Shown one piece after another: positions 27,601 to 39,600 of a stretch of DNA of 64,000 nucleotides. Position 1 is the first letter of the stretch. Each line of letters opens with the position of its first letter. Source of the stretch: Eledone cirrhosa (Eukaryota); assembly GCA_964016885.1 (NCBI GenBank), contig OZ024740.1, forward strand, positions 11,346,001 to 11,410,000, given 5' to 3'. Made by a program: the position numbers and the translations under genes. Below the pieces are notes generated by a model. That model had not been told where the DNA came from. It searched no databases and saw only the letters and a program-made list of their open reading frames with translations.

Positions 27601-30600
27601 GTTGTTGTTTGTCGTAATGTTGTTGTTGGAAGTAGTGATGTTGTTGTTGTTGGAAGTAGTGATGTTGTTGTTGTTGGTAGTGATGTTGTTGTTGTTGGAA
27701 GTAGTGATGTTGTTGTTGTTATTGTAGGTAGTGATGTTGTTGTTGTTGGAAGTAGTGATGTTGTTGTTGTTGTTGGTAGTGATGTTGTTGTTGTTGGTAG
27801 TAATGTTGTTGTTGTTGGTCGTGATGTTGTTGTTGTTGTTGGAAGTAGTGATGTTGTTGTTGTTGTTGTTGGTAGTAATGTTGTTGTTGTTGGAGGTAGT
27901 GATGTTGTTGTTGTTGGTAGTGATGTTGTTGTTGTTGTAGGTAGTGATGTTGTTGTTGTTGTTGGAGGTAGTGATGTTGTTGTTGGAGGTAGTGATGTTG
28001 TTGTTGTTGGAGGTAGTAATGTTGTTGTTGTTGGAGGTAGTGATGTTGTTGTTGTTGGTAGTGATGTTGTTGTTGTTGGTAGTGATGTTGTTGTTGTTGG
28101 TAGTAATGTTGTTGTTGTTGGAGGTAGTGATGTTGTTGTTGTTGGAGGTAGTGATGTTGTTGTTGTTGGTAGTGATGTTGTTGTTGTTGTTGTTGTTGTT
28201 GGAGGTAGTGATGTTGTTGTCGTTGTTTGTAGTGATGTTGTTGTTGTTGTTGGTAGTGATGTTGTTGTTTTTGGAAGTAGTAATGTTGTTGTTGTTGGAG
28301 GTAGTAGTGTTGTTGTTGTTGTTGGTAGTGATGTTGTTGTTGTTGGAGGTAGTGATGTTGTTGTTGTTGTTAAAGATGTTATTGTTGTTGGAGCTAGTGA
28401 TGTTGTTGTTGTTTTTAGTGATGTTGTTGTTGTTGGAGGTAGTGATGTTGTTGTTGTTGGAGGTAGTGATTTTGTTGTTGTTGGAGGTAGTGATGTTGTT
28501 GTTGTTGGGGGTAGTGATGTTGTTGTTGTTGGGGGTAGTGATGTTGTTGTTGTTGGAGGTAGTGATGTTGTTGTTGTTGGTAGTGATGTTGTTGTTGTTG
28601 GAGGTAGTGATGTTGTTGTTGTTGTTGTTGTTGGTAGTGATGTTGTTGTTGTTGGAGGTAGTGATGTTGTTGTTGGAGGTAGTGATGTCGTTGTTGTTGG
28701 AGGTAGTGGTGTTGTTGTTGTTGTTGTTGTTGGAAGTAGTAATGTTGTTGTTGTTGGAGGTAGTAGTGTTGTTGTTGTTGTTGGTAGTGATGTTGTTGTT
28801 GTTGGAGGTAGTGATGTTGTTGTTGTTGTTGTTACTGATGTTATTGTTGTTGGAGCTAGTGATGGTGTTGTTGTTGTTAGTGATGTTGTTGTTGTTGGAG
28901 GTAGTGATGTTGTTGTTGTTGGTAATGATGTTGTTGTTGGAAGTAGTGTTGTTGTTGTTGTTGTTGGTAGTGATGTTGTTGTTGTTGGTAGTGCTGTTGT
29001 TGTTGGAGGTAGTGATGTTGTTGTTGGTAGTGATGTTGTTGTTTTGGTAGTGATGTTGTTGTTGTTGTTGGTAGTGATGTTGTTGTTGTTGGAGGTAGTG
29101 AAATTGTTGTTGTTGGAGGTAGTGATGTTGTTGTTGTTGGAGGTAGTGATGTTGTTGTTATTGGAGGTAGTGATGTTGTTGTTGTTGTTGTTGGAGGTAG
29201 AGATGTTGTTGTTATTGTTGTTGGTATTAATGTTGTTGTTGTTGGAGGTAGTGATGTTGTTGTTCTAGGAGGTAGTTTTGTTGTTGTTGGAGGTAGTGAT
29301 GTTGTTGTTGTTGGAGGTAGTGATGTTGTTGTTGTTGGAGGTAGTGATGTTGTTGTTGGGGGTAGTGATGTTGTTGGTGTTGGAAGTAGTGATGTTGTTG
29401 TTGTTGGAGGTAGTGATTTTGTTGTTGTTGGAGGTGGTGATGTTGTTGATTGTTGGTAGTGATGTTGTTGTTGTTGGAAATAGTGATGTTGTTGTTGGAG
29501 GTATTGATGTTGTTGTCGTTGGAGGTGGTGATGTTGTTGTTGTTGGAGGTAGTGATGTTGTTGTTGTTGTTGGTAGTGATGTTGTTGTTGTTGTTGGAGG
29601 TAGTGATGTTGTTGTTTTGGTAGTGATGTTGTTGTTGTTGGAGGTAGTGATGTTGTTGTTGTTGGTAGTGATGTTGTTGTTGTTGGAGGTAGTGATGTTG
29701 TTGTTGTTGTTGTTGGTAGTGATGTTGTTGTTGTTGGAGGTAGTGATGTTGTTGTTGTTGTTGGTAGTGATGTTGTTGTTGTTGGTAGTGATGTTGTTGT
29801 TGTTGGAAGTAGTGATGTTGTTGTTGTTGTTGGTAGTGATGTTGTTGTTGTTGTTGGTAGTGATGTTGTTGTTGTTGTTGGTAGTGATGTTGTTGTTGTT
29901 GGTAGTGATGTTGTTGTTGGAGGTAGTGATGTTGTTGTTATTGTTGTTGGTAGTGATATTGTTGTTGTTGTTGGTAGTGATGTTGTTGTTGTTGGAGGTA
30001 GTGATGTTGTTGTTGTTGTTTGTCGTGATGTTGTTGTTGTTGTTGGAAATAGTGATGTTGTTGTTGTTGGAGGTAGTGATGTTGTTGTTGTTGGTAGTGA
30101 TGTTGTTGTTGTTGGAGGTAGTGATGTTGTTGTTGTTGTTTGTCGTGATGTTGTTGTTGTTGTTGGGAGTGATGTTGTTGTTGTTGGACGTAGTGATGTT
30201 GTTGTTGTTGGTAGTGATGTTGTTGTTGTTGGAGGTAGTGATGTTGTTGTTGTTGTTGGTAGTGATGTTTTTGTTGTTGGAGGTAGTGATGTTGTTGTTG
30301 TTGGAGGTAGTGATGTTGTTGTTGTTGGTAGTGATGTTGTTGTTGTTGGAGATAGTGATGTTGTTGTTGTTGGTAGTGATGTTGTTGTTGTTGGAGGTAG
30401 TGATGTTGTTGTTGGTAGTGATGTTGTTGTTGTTGGAGGTAGTGATGTTGTTGTTGTTGGTAGTGATGTTGTTGTTGTTGGAGGTAGTGATGTTGTTGTT
30501 GTTGGAGGTAGTGATGTTGTTGTTGTTGTTGTTGTTGTTGTTGGTAGTGATGTTGTTGTTGTTGGAGGTAGTGATGTTGTTGTTGGAGGTAGTGATGTCG

Positions 30601-33600
30601 TTGTTGTTGGAGGTAGTAGTGTTGTTGTTGTTTTTGGTAGTGAAGTTGTTGTTGTTGGAAGTAGTAATGTTGTTGTTGTTGGAGGTAGTAGTGTTGTTGT
30701 TGTTGTTGGTAGTGATGTTGTTGTTGTTGGAGGTAGTGATGTTGTTGTTGTTGTTGTTGTTACTGATGTTATTGTTGTTGGAGCTAGTGATGTTGTTGTT
30801 GTTGTTAGTGATGTTGTTGTTGTTGGAGGTAGTGATGTTGTTGTTGTTGGTAATGATGTTGTTGTTGGAAGTAGTGTTGTTGTTGTTGTTGTTGGTAGTG
30901 ATGTTGTTGTTGTTGGTAGTGATGTTGTTGTTGGAGGTAGTGATGTTGTTGTTGTTGTTGGTAGTGATGTTGTTGTTTGGGTAGTGATGTTGTTGTTGTT
31001 GTTGGTAGTGATGTTGTTGTTGTTGGAGGTAGTGAAATTGTTGTTGTTGGAGGTAGTGATGTTGTCGTTGTTGGAGGTAGTGATGTTGTTATTATTGGAG
31101 GTAGTGATGTTGTTGTTGTTGTTGTTGGAGGTAGAGATGTTGTTGTTATTGTTGTTGGTATTAATGTTGTTGTTGTTGGAGGTAGTGATGTTGTTGTTCT
31201 AGGAGGTAGTTTTGTTGTTGTTGGAGGTAGTGATGTTGTTGTTGGTGGTAGTGATGTTGTTGTTGTTGGAGGTAGTGATGTAGTTGTTGTTGGTAGTGAT
31301 GTTGTTGTTGTTGGAGGTAGTGATGTTGTTGTTGGGGGGTAGTGATGTTGTTGTTGTTGGAGGTAGTGATGTTGTTGGTGTTGGAAGTAGTGATGTTGTT
31401 GTTGTTGGAGGTAGTGATTTTGTTGATGTTGGAGGTGATGATGTTGTTGATTGTTGGTAGTGATGTTGTTGTTGTTGGAAATAGTGATGTTGTTGTTGGA
31501 GGTAGTGATGTTGTTGTCGTTGGAGGTAGTGATGTTGTTGTTGTTGGAGGTAGTGATGTTGTTGTTGTTGTTGGTAGTGATGTTGTTGTTGTTGTTGGAG
31601 GTAGTGATATTGTTGTTTTGGTAGTGATGTTGTTGTTGTTGGAGGTAGTGATGTTGGTGTTGTTGGTAGTGATGTTGTTGTTGTTGGAGGTAGTGATGTT
31701 GTTGTTGTTGTTGTTGGTAGTGATGTTGTTGTTGTTGGAGGTAGTGATGTTGTTGTTGTTGTTGGTAGTGATGTTGTTGTTGTTGGTAGTGATGTTGTTG
31801 TTGTTGGAAGTAGTGATGTTGTTGTTTTTGGTAGTGATGTTGTTGTTGTTGGAAGTAGTGATGTTGTTGTTGTTGTTGGTAGTGATGTTGTTGTTGTTGT
31901 TGGTAGTGATGTTGTTGTTGTTGTTGGTAGTGATGTTGTTGTTGTTGTTGGTAGTGATGTTGTTGTTGTTGGTAGTGATGTTGTTGTTGTTGGTGGTAGT
32001 GATGTTGTTGTTATTGTTGTTGGTAGTGATATTGTTGTTGTTGGAGGTAGTGATGTTGGTGTTGTTGGAGGTAGTGATGTTGTTGTTGTTGGAAGTAGTG
32101 ATGTTGTTGTTGTTGTTGTTGGTCGTAATGTTGTTGTTCGAAGTAGTGATGTTGTTGTTGTTGGAAGTAGTGATGTTGTTGTTGTTGGTAGTGATGTTGT
32201 TGTTGGAAGTAGTGATGTTGTTGTTGTTGTAGGTAGTGATGTTGTTGTTGTTGGAAGTAGTGATGTTGTTGTTGTTGTTGGTAGTGATGTTGTTGTTGTT
32301 GGTAGTAATGTTGTTGTTGTTGTTGGTCGTGATGTTGTTGTTGGAAGTAGTGATGTTGTTGTTGTTGTTTTTGTTGGTAGTAATGTTGTTGTTGTTGGAG
32401 GTAGTGATTTTGTTGTTGTTGGTAGTGATGTTGTTGTTGTTGTAGGTAGTGATGTTGTTGTTGTTGTTGTTGGAGGTAGTGATGTTGTTGTTGGAGGTAG
32501 TGATGTTGTTGTTGTTGGAGGTAGTAATGTTGTTGTTGTTGTTGGAGGTAGTGATGTTGTTGTTGTTGTTGGTAGTGATGTTGTTGTTGTTGGTAGTGAT
32601 GTTGTTGTTGTTGGTAGTAATGTTGTTGTTGTTGGAGGTAGTGATGTTGTTGTTGTTGGAGGTAGTGATGTTGTTGTTGTTGGTAGTGATGTTGTTGTTG
32701 TTGTTGTTGTTGGAGGTAGTGATGTTGTTGTTGTTGTTGGTAGTGATGTTGTTGTTGTTGTTGTTGTTGGAGGTAGTGATGTTGTTGTTGTTGTCGGTAG
32801 TGATGTTGTTGTTGTTGTTGTTGTTGGAGGTAGTGATGTTGTTGTTGTTGTTGGTAGTGATGTTGTTGTTGTTGTTGTTGTTGGAGGTAGTGATGTTGTT
32901 GTTGTTGTCGGTAGTGATGTTGTTGTTGTTGGAAGTAGTAATGTTGTTGTTGTTGGAGGTAGTAGTGTTGTTGTTGTTGTTGTTGGTAGTGATGTTGTTG
33001 TTGTTGGAGGTAGTGATGTTGTTGTTGTTGTTACTGATGTTTTTGTTGTTGGAGGTAGTGATGTTGTTGTTGTTGTTAGTGATGTTATTGTTGTTGGAGG
33101 TATTGATGTTGTTGTTGTTGGTAATGATGTTGTTGTTGGAAGTAGTGTTGTTGTTGTTGTTGTTGGTAGTGATGTTGTTGTTGTTGGTAGTGATGTTGTT
33201 GTTGGAGGTAGTGATGTTGTTGTTGTTGTTGGTAGTGATGTTGTTGTTTTGGTAGTGATGTTGTTGTTGTTGTTGGTAGTGATGTTGTTGTTGTTGGAGG
33301 TAATGAAATTGTTGTTTTTGGAGGTAGTGATGTTGTTGTTGTTGGAGGTAGTGATGTTGTTGTTATTGGAGGTAATGATGTTGTTGTTGTTGTTGTTGTT
33401 GGAGGTAGAGATGTTGTTGTTATTGTTGTTGGTATTAATGTTGTTGTTGTTGGAGGTAGTGATGTTGTTGTTCTAGGAGGTAGTTTTGTTGTTGTTGGAG
33501 GTAGTGATGTTGTTGTTGGTGGTAGTGATGTTGTTGTTGTTGGAGGTAGTGATGAAGTTGTTGTTGGTAGTGATGTTGTTGTTGTTGGAGGTAGTGATGT

Positions 33601-36600
33601 TGTTGTTGTTGGAGGTAGTGATGTTGTTGTTGGGGGTAGTGATGTTGTTGTTGTTGGAGGTAGTGATGTTGTTGGTGTTGGAAGTAGTGATGTTGTTGTT
33701 GTTGGAGGTAGTGATTTTGTTGTTGTTGGAGGTGGTGATGTTGTTGATTGTTGGTAGTGATGTTGTTGTTGTTGGAAATAGTGATGTTGTTGTTGGAGGT
33801 AGTGATGCTGTTGTCGTTGGAGGTAGTGATGTTGTTGTTGTTGGAGGTAGTGATGTTGTTGTTGTTGTTGTTGGAGGTAGTGATGCTGTTGTTTTGGTAG
33901 TGATGTTGTTGTTGTTGGAGGTAGTGATGTTGTTGTTGTTGGTAGTGATGTTGTTGTTGTTGGAGGTAGTGATGTTGTTGTTGTTGTTGGTAGTGAAGTG
34001 ATTTGTTGTTGTTTTTGGTATTGATGTTGTTGTTGGTAGTGATGTTGTTGTTGGAGCTAGTGATGTTGTTGTTGTTGGTAGTGATGTTGTTGTTGTTGGA
34101 GGTAGTGATGTTCTTGTTGTTGTTAGTGATGTTGTTATTGTCGGTAGTTATGTTGTTGTTGTTGGAGGTAGTGATGTTGTTGTTGTTGTTGGTAGTGATG
34201 TTGTTGTTGTTGGTAGTGATGTTGTTGTTGTTGGAAGTAGTGATGTTGTTGTTGTTGTTGGTAGTGATGTTGTTGTTGTTGTAAGTAGTGATGTTGTTGT
34301 TGTTGGTAGTGATGTTGTTGTTGTTGTTGGTAGTGATGTTGTTGTTGTTGTTGGTAGTGATGTTGTTGTTGTTGTTGTTGGTAGTGATGTTGTTGTTGTT
34401 GGTAGTGATGTTGTTGTTGTTGGAGGTAGTGATGTTGTTGTTATTGTTGTTGGTAGTGATATTGTTGTTGTTGGAGGTAGTGATGTTGGTGTTGTTGGAG
34501 GTAGTGATGTTTTTGTTGTTGTTTGTCGTAATGTTGTTGTTGGAAGTAGTGATGTTGTTGTTGTTGGAAGTAGTGATGTTGTTGTTGTTGGTAGTGATGT
34601 TGTTGTTGTTGGAAGTAGTGATGTTGTTGTTGTTATTGTAGGTAGTGATGTTGTTGTTGTTGGAAGTAGTGATGTTGTTGTTGTTGTTGGTAGTGATGTT
34701 GTTGTTGTTGGTAGTAATGTTGTTGTTGTTGGTCGTGATGTTGTTGTTGTTGTTGGAAGTAGTGATGATGTTGTTGTTGTTGTTGGTAGTAATGTTGTTG
34801 TTGTTGGAGGTAGTGATGTTGTTGTTGTTGGTAGTGATGTTGTTGTTGTTGGAGGTAGTGATGTTGTTGTTGGAGGTAGTGATGTTGTTGTTGTTGGAGG
34901 TAGTAATTTTGTTGTTGTTGGAGGTAGTGATGTTGTTGTTGTTGTTGTTGGTAGTGATGTTGTTGTTGTTGGTAGTGATGTTGTTGTCGGAGGTTGTGAT
35001 GTTGTTGTTATTGTTGTTGGTAGTGATGTTGTTGTTGTTGTTGGTAGTGATGGTGTTGTTGTTGGAAGTAGTGATGTTGTTGTTGTTGGAAGTAGTGATG
35101 TTGTTGTTGTTTTTGTAGGTAGTAATGTTGTTGTTGTTGGAAGTAGTGATGTTGTTGTTGTTGTTGGTAGTGATGTTGTTGTTGTTGGTAGTAATGTTGT
35201 TGTTGTTGGAGGTAGTGATGTTGTTGTTGTTGGAAGTAGTGATGTTGTTGTCGTTGTTGGTCGTGATGTTGTTGTTGTTGGAAGTAGTGATGTTGTTGTT
35301 GTTGGAGGTAGTGATGATGTTGTTGTTGTTTGTAGTAATGTTGTTGTTGTTGGAGGTAGTGATGTTGTTGTTGTTGGAGGTAGTAATGTTGTTGTTGTTG
35401 GAGGTAGTGATGTTGTTGTTATTGTTGTTGGTAGTAATGTTGTTGTTGTTGGAGGTAGTGATGTTGTTGTTCTAGGAGGTTGTGTTGTTGTTGTTGTTGG
35501 AGGTAGTGATGTTGTTGTTGGTGGTAGTGATGTTGTTGTTGTTGGAGGTAGTGATGTAGTTTTTGTTGGTAGTGATGTTGTTGTTGTTGGAGGTAGTGAT
35601 TTTGTTGTTCTTGGAGGTAGTGATGTTGTTGTTGTTATTTGTCGTGATGTTGTTGTTGTTGGAAATAGTGATGTTGTTGTTGTTGTTGGAGGTAGTGATG
35701 TTGTTGTCGTTGGAGGTAGTGATGTCGTTGTTTTTGGAGGTAGTGATGTTGTTGTTGTTGTTGTTGGTAGTGATGTTGTTGTTGTTGGCGGTAGTGATGT
35801 TGTTGTTTTGGTAGTGATGTTGTTGTTGTTGGAAGTAGTAATATTGTTGTTGTTGGAGGTAGTAATGTTGTTGTTGTTGTCGGTAGTTATGTTGTTGTTG
35901 TTGTTGGAGGTAGTGATGTTGTTGTTGTTGGTAGTAATGTTGTTGTTGTTGGAGTTAGTGATGTTGTTGTTGTTGTTGGTAGTGATGTTTTTGTTGTTGT
36001 TGGTAGTGATGTTGTTGTTGGTAGTAATGTTGTCGTTGTTGTTGATAGTGATGTTTTTGTTGTTGGAGGTAGTGATGTTGTTGTTGTTGGAGGTATTTAT
36101 ATTGTTGTTGTTGTTGGTAGTGATGTTGTTGTTGTTGGAGGTAGTGATGTTGTTGTTGTTGGTAGTGATGTTGTTGTTGGAGTTAGTGATGTTGTTGTTG
36201 TTGGAGGTAGTGATGTTGTTGTTGTTGGAGGTAGTGATGTTGTTGTTGTTGTTGTTGGTAGTGATGTTGTTGTTGTTGGAGGTAGTGATGTTGTTAATGT
36301 TGGTCGTGATGTTGTTGTTGGAGGTAATGATGTCGTTGTTGTTGGAGGTAGTGATGTTGTTGTTGTTGGAGGTAGTGATGTTGTTGTTGTTGGAGGTAGT
36401 GATGTTGTTGTTGTTGGAGGTAGTGATGATGTTGTTGTTGTTGGTTGTGATGTTGTTGTTGTTGGAGGTAGTGATGTTGTTGTTGTTGGTAGTGATGTTG
36501 TTGTTGTTGGATGTGGTGATGTTGTTGTTGTTGTTGGTAGTGTTGTTGTTGTTGTTGGAAGTAGTGCTGCTGTTGTTGGAGGTAGTGATTTTGTTGTTGT

Positions 36601-39600
36601 TGGAAGTAGTGATGTTGTTGTTGTTGGTAGTGATGTTATTGTTGTTGGAAGTAGTGATGTTGTTGTTGTTGGAAGTAGTGATGTTGTTGTTGTTGGTAGT
36701 GATGTTGTTGGAGGTAGTGATGTCGTTGTTGTTGTTGTTGGTCGTGATGTTGTTGTTGGAGGTAGTGACGTTGTTGTTGTTGGAGGTAGTGATGTTGTTG
36801 TTGTTGGAGGTAGTGATGTTGTTGTTGTTGGTAGTGATGTTGCTGTTGTTGGGGTAGTGATTTTGTTGTTGTTGGAGGTAGTGACGTTGTTGTTGTTGGA
36901 GGTAGTGATGTTGTTGTTGTTGGTAGTGATGTTGTTGGAGGTAGTGATGTCGTTGTTGTTGTTGTTGGTCGTGATGTTGTTGTTGGAGGTAGTGACGTTG
37001 TTGTTGTTGGAGGTAGTGATGTTGTTGTTGTTGGAGGTAGTGATGTTGTTGTTGTTGGTAGTGATGTTGTTGTTGTTGGAGGTAGTGATGTTGTTGTTGT
37101 TGGAAGTAGTGATGTTGTTGTTGTTGGTGGTAGTGATGTTGTTGTTGTTGGTAGTAATGTTGTTGTTGTTGGAGGTAGTGATGTTGTTGTTGTTGGAAGT
37201 AGTGATGTTGTTGTTGTTGTTGGTCGTGATGTTGTTGTTGTTGTTGTAAGTAGTGATGTTGTTGTTGTTGGAGGTAGTGATGTTGTTGTTGTTGGTAGTG
37301 ATGTTGTTGTTGTTGTTGGAGGTAGTGATGTTGTTGTTGTTGTTGGAGGTAGTGATGTTGTTGTTGGAGGTAGTGATGTTGTTGTTGTTGGAGGTAGTAA
37401 TGTTGTTGTTGTTGGAGGTAGTGATGTTGTTGTTGTTGTTGTTGGTAGTGATGTTGTTGTTGTTGGTAGTGATGTTGTTGGAGGTAGTGATGTCGTTGTT
37501 GTTGTTGTTGGTCGTGATGTTGTTGTTGGAGGTAGTGACGTTGTTGTTGTTGGAGGTAGTGATGTTGTTGTTGTTGGAGGTAGTGATGTTGTTGTTGTTG
37601 GTAGTGATGTTGTCGTTGTTGTTGGAGGTAGTGATGTTGTTTTTGTTGGAGGTAGTGATGTTGTTGTTGTAGGTAGTGACGTTCTTGTTGTTGGAGGTAG
37701 TGATGTTGCTGTTGTTGGGGTAGTGATTTTGTTGTTGTTGGAGGTAGTGACGTTGTTGTTGTTGGAGGTAGTGATGTTGTTGTTGTTGGTAGTGATGTTG
37801 TTGGAGGTAGTGATGTCGTTGTTGTTGTTGTTGGTCGTGATGTTGTTGTTGGAGGTAGTGACGTTGTTGTTGTTGGAGGTAGTGATGTTGTTGTTGTTGG
37901 AGGTAGTGATGTTGTTGTTGTTGGTAGTGATGTTGTTGTTGTTGGAGGTAGTGATGTTGTTGTTGTTGGAAGTAGTGATGTTGTTGTTGTTGGTGGTAGT
38001 GATGTTGTTGTTGGTAGTAATGTTGTTGTTGTTGGAGGTAGTGATGTTGTTGTTGTTGGAAGTAGTGATGTTGTTGTTGTTGTTGGTCGTGATGTTGTTG
38101 TTGTTGTTGTAAGTAGTGATGTTGTTGTTGTTGGAGGTAGTGATGTTGTTGTTGTTGGTAGTGATGTTGTTGTTGTTGTTGGAGGTAGTGATGTTGTTGT
38201 TGTTGTTGGAGGTAGTGATGTTGTTGTTGGAGGTAGTGATGTTGTTGTTGTTGGAGGTAGTAATGTTGTTGTTGTTGGAGGTAGTGATGTTGTTGTTGTT
38301 GTTGTTGGTAGTGATGTTGTTGTTGTTGGTAGTGATGTTGTTGGAGGTAGTGATGTCGTTGTTGTTGTTGTTGGTCGTGATGTTGTTGTTGGAGGTAGTG
38401 ACGTTGTTGTTGTTGGAGGTAGTGATGTTGTTGTTGTTGGAGGTAGTGATGTTGTTGTTGTTGGTAGTGATGTTGTCGTTGTTGTTGGAGGTAGTGATGT
38501 TGTTTTTGTTGGAGGTAGTGATGTTGTTGTTGTAGGTAGTGACGTTCTTGTTGTTGGAGGTAGTGATGTTGTTGTTGTTGGAGGTAGTGATGTTGTTGTT
38601 GTTGGTAGTGATGTTGTCGTTGTTGTTGGAGGTAGTTATGTTGTTGTTGTTGGAGGTAGTGATGTTGTTGTTGTTGGAGGTAGGTATGTTGTTGTTGTTG
38701 GAGGTAGTGATGTTGTTGCTGTTGGAGGTAGTGATGCTGTTGTTGTTGGTAGTGATGTTGTTGTTTTTGTTGTTGGAGGTAGTGATGTTGTTGTTGGAGG
38801 TAGTGATGTTGTTGTTGTTGTTGTTGTTGTTGGAGGTAGGGATGTTGTTGTTGTTGGTAGTGATGTTGTTGTTGTTGTTGGTAGTGATGTTGTTGTTGTT
38901 GGTAGTGATGTTGTTGTTGTTGTTGGTAGTGATGTTGTTGTTGGAGGAAGTGATGTTGTTGTTGTTGGTAGTGATGTTGTTGTTGTTGGTAGTGATGTTG
39001 TTGTTGTTGGAAGTAGTGATGTTGTTGTTGTGGGAAGTAGTGATGTTGTTGTTGTTTGTAGTGATGTTGTTGTTGTTGGAAGTAGTGATGTTGTTGTTGT
39101 TGTTGGTAGTGATGTTGTTGTTGCTGGAAGTAGTGATGTTGTTGTTGTTGTTGGTAGTGTTGTTGTTGTTGTTGGAAGTAGTGCTGCTGTTGTTGTTGTT
39201 GGTAGTGATGTTGTTGTTGTTGTTGGTAGTGATGTTGTTGTTGTTGTTGGTAGTGATGTTGTTGTTGTTGTTGGTAGTGATGTTGTTGTTGGAGGTAGTG
39301 ATGTTGTTGTTGTTCGAAGTAGTGATGTTGTTGTTGTTGGTAGTGATGTTGTTGTTGTTGTTGTTGTTGGTAGTGATATTGTTGTTGTTGGTAGTGATGT
39401 TGTTGTTGGAGGTAGTGATGTTGTTATTGTTGTTGTTGTTGGTAGTGATATTGTTGTTGTAGGTAGTGATGTTGTTGTTGGAGGTAGTGATGATGTTGTT
39501 GTTGTTGTTGTTGGTAGTGATATTGTTGTTGTAGGTAGTGATGTTGTTGTTGGAGGTAGTGATGATGTTGTTGTTGGAGGTAGTGATGTTGTTGTTGTTG

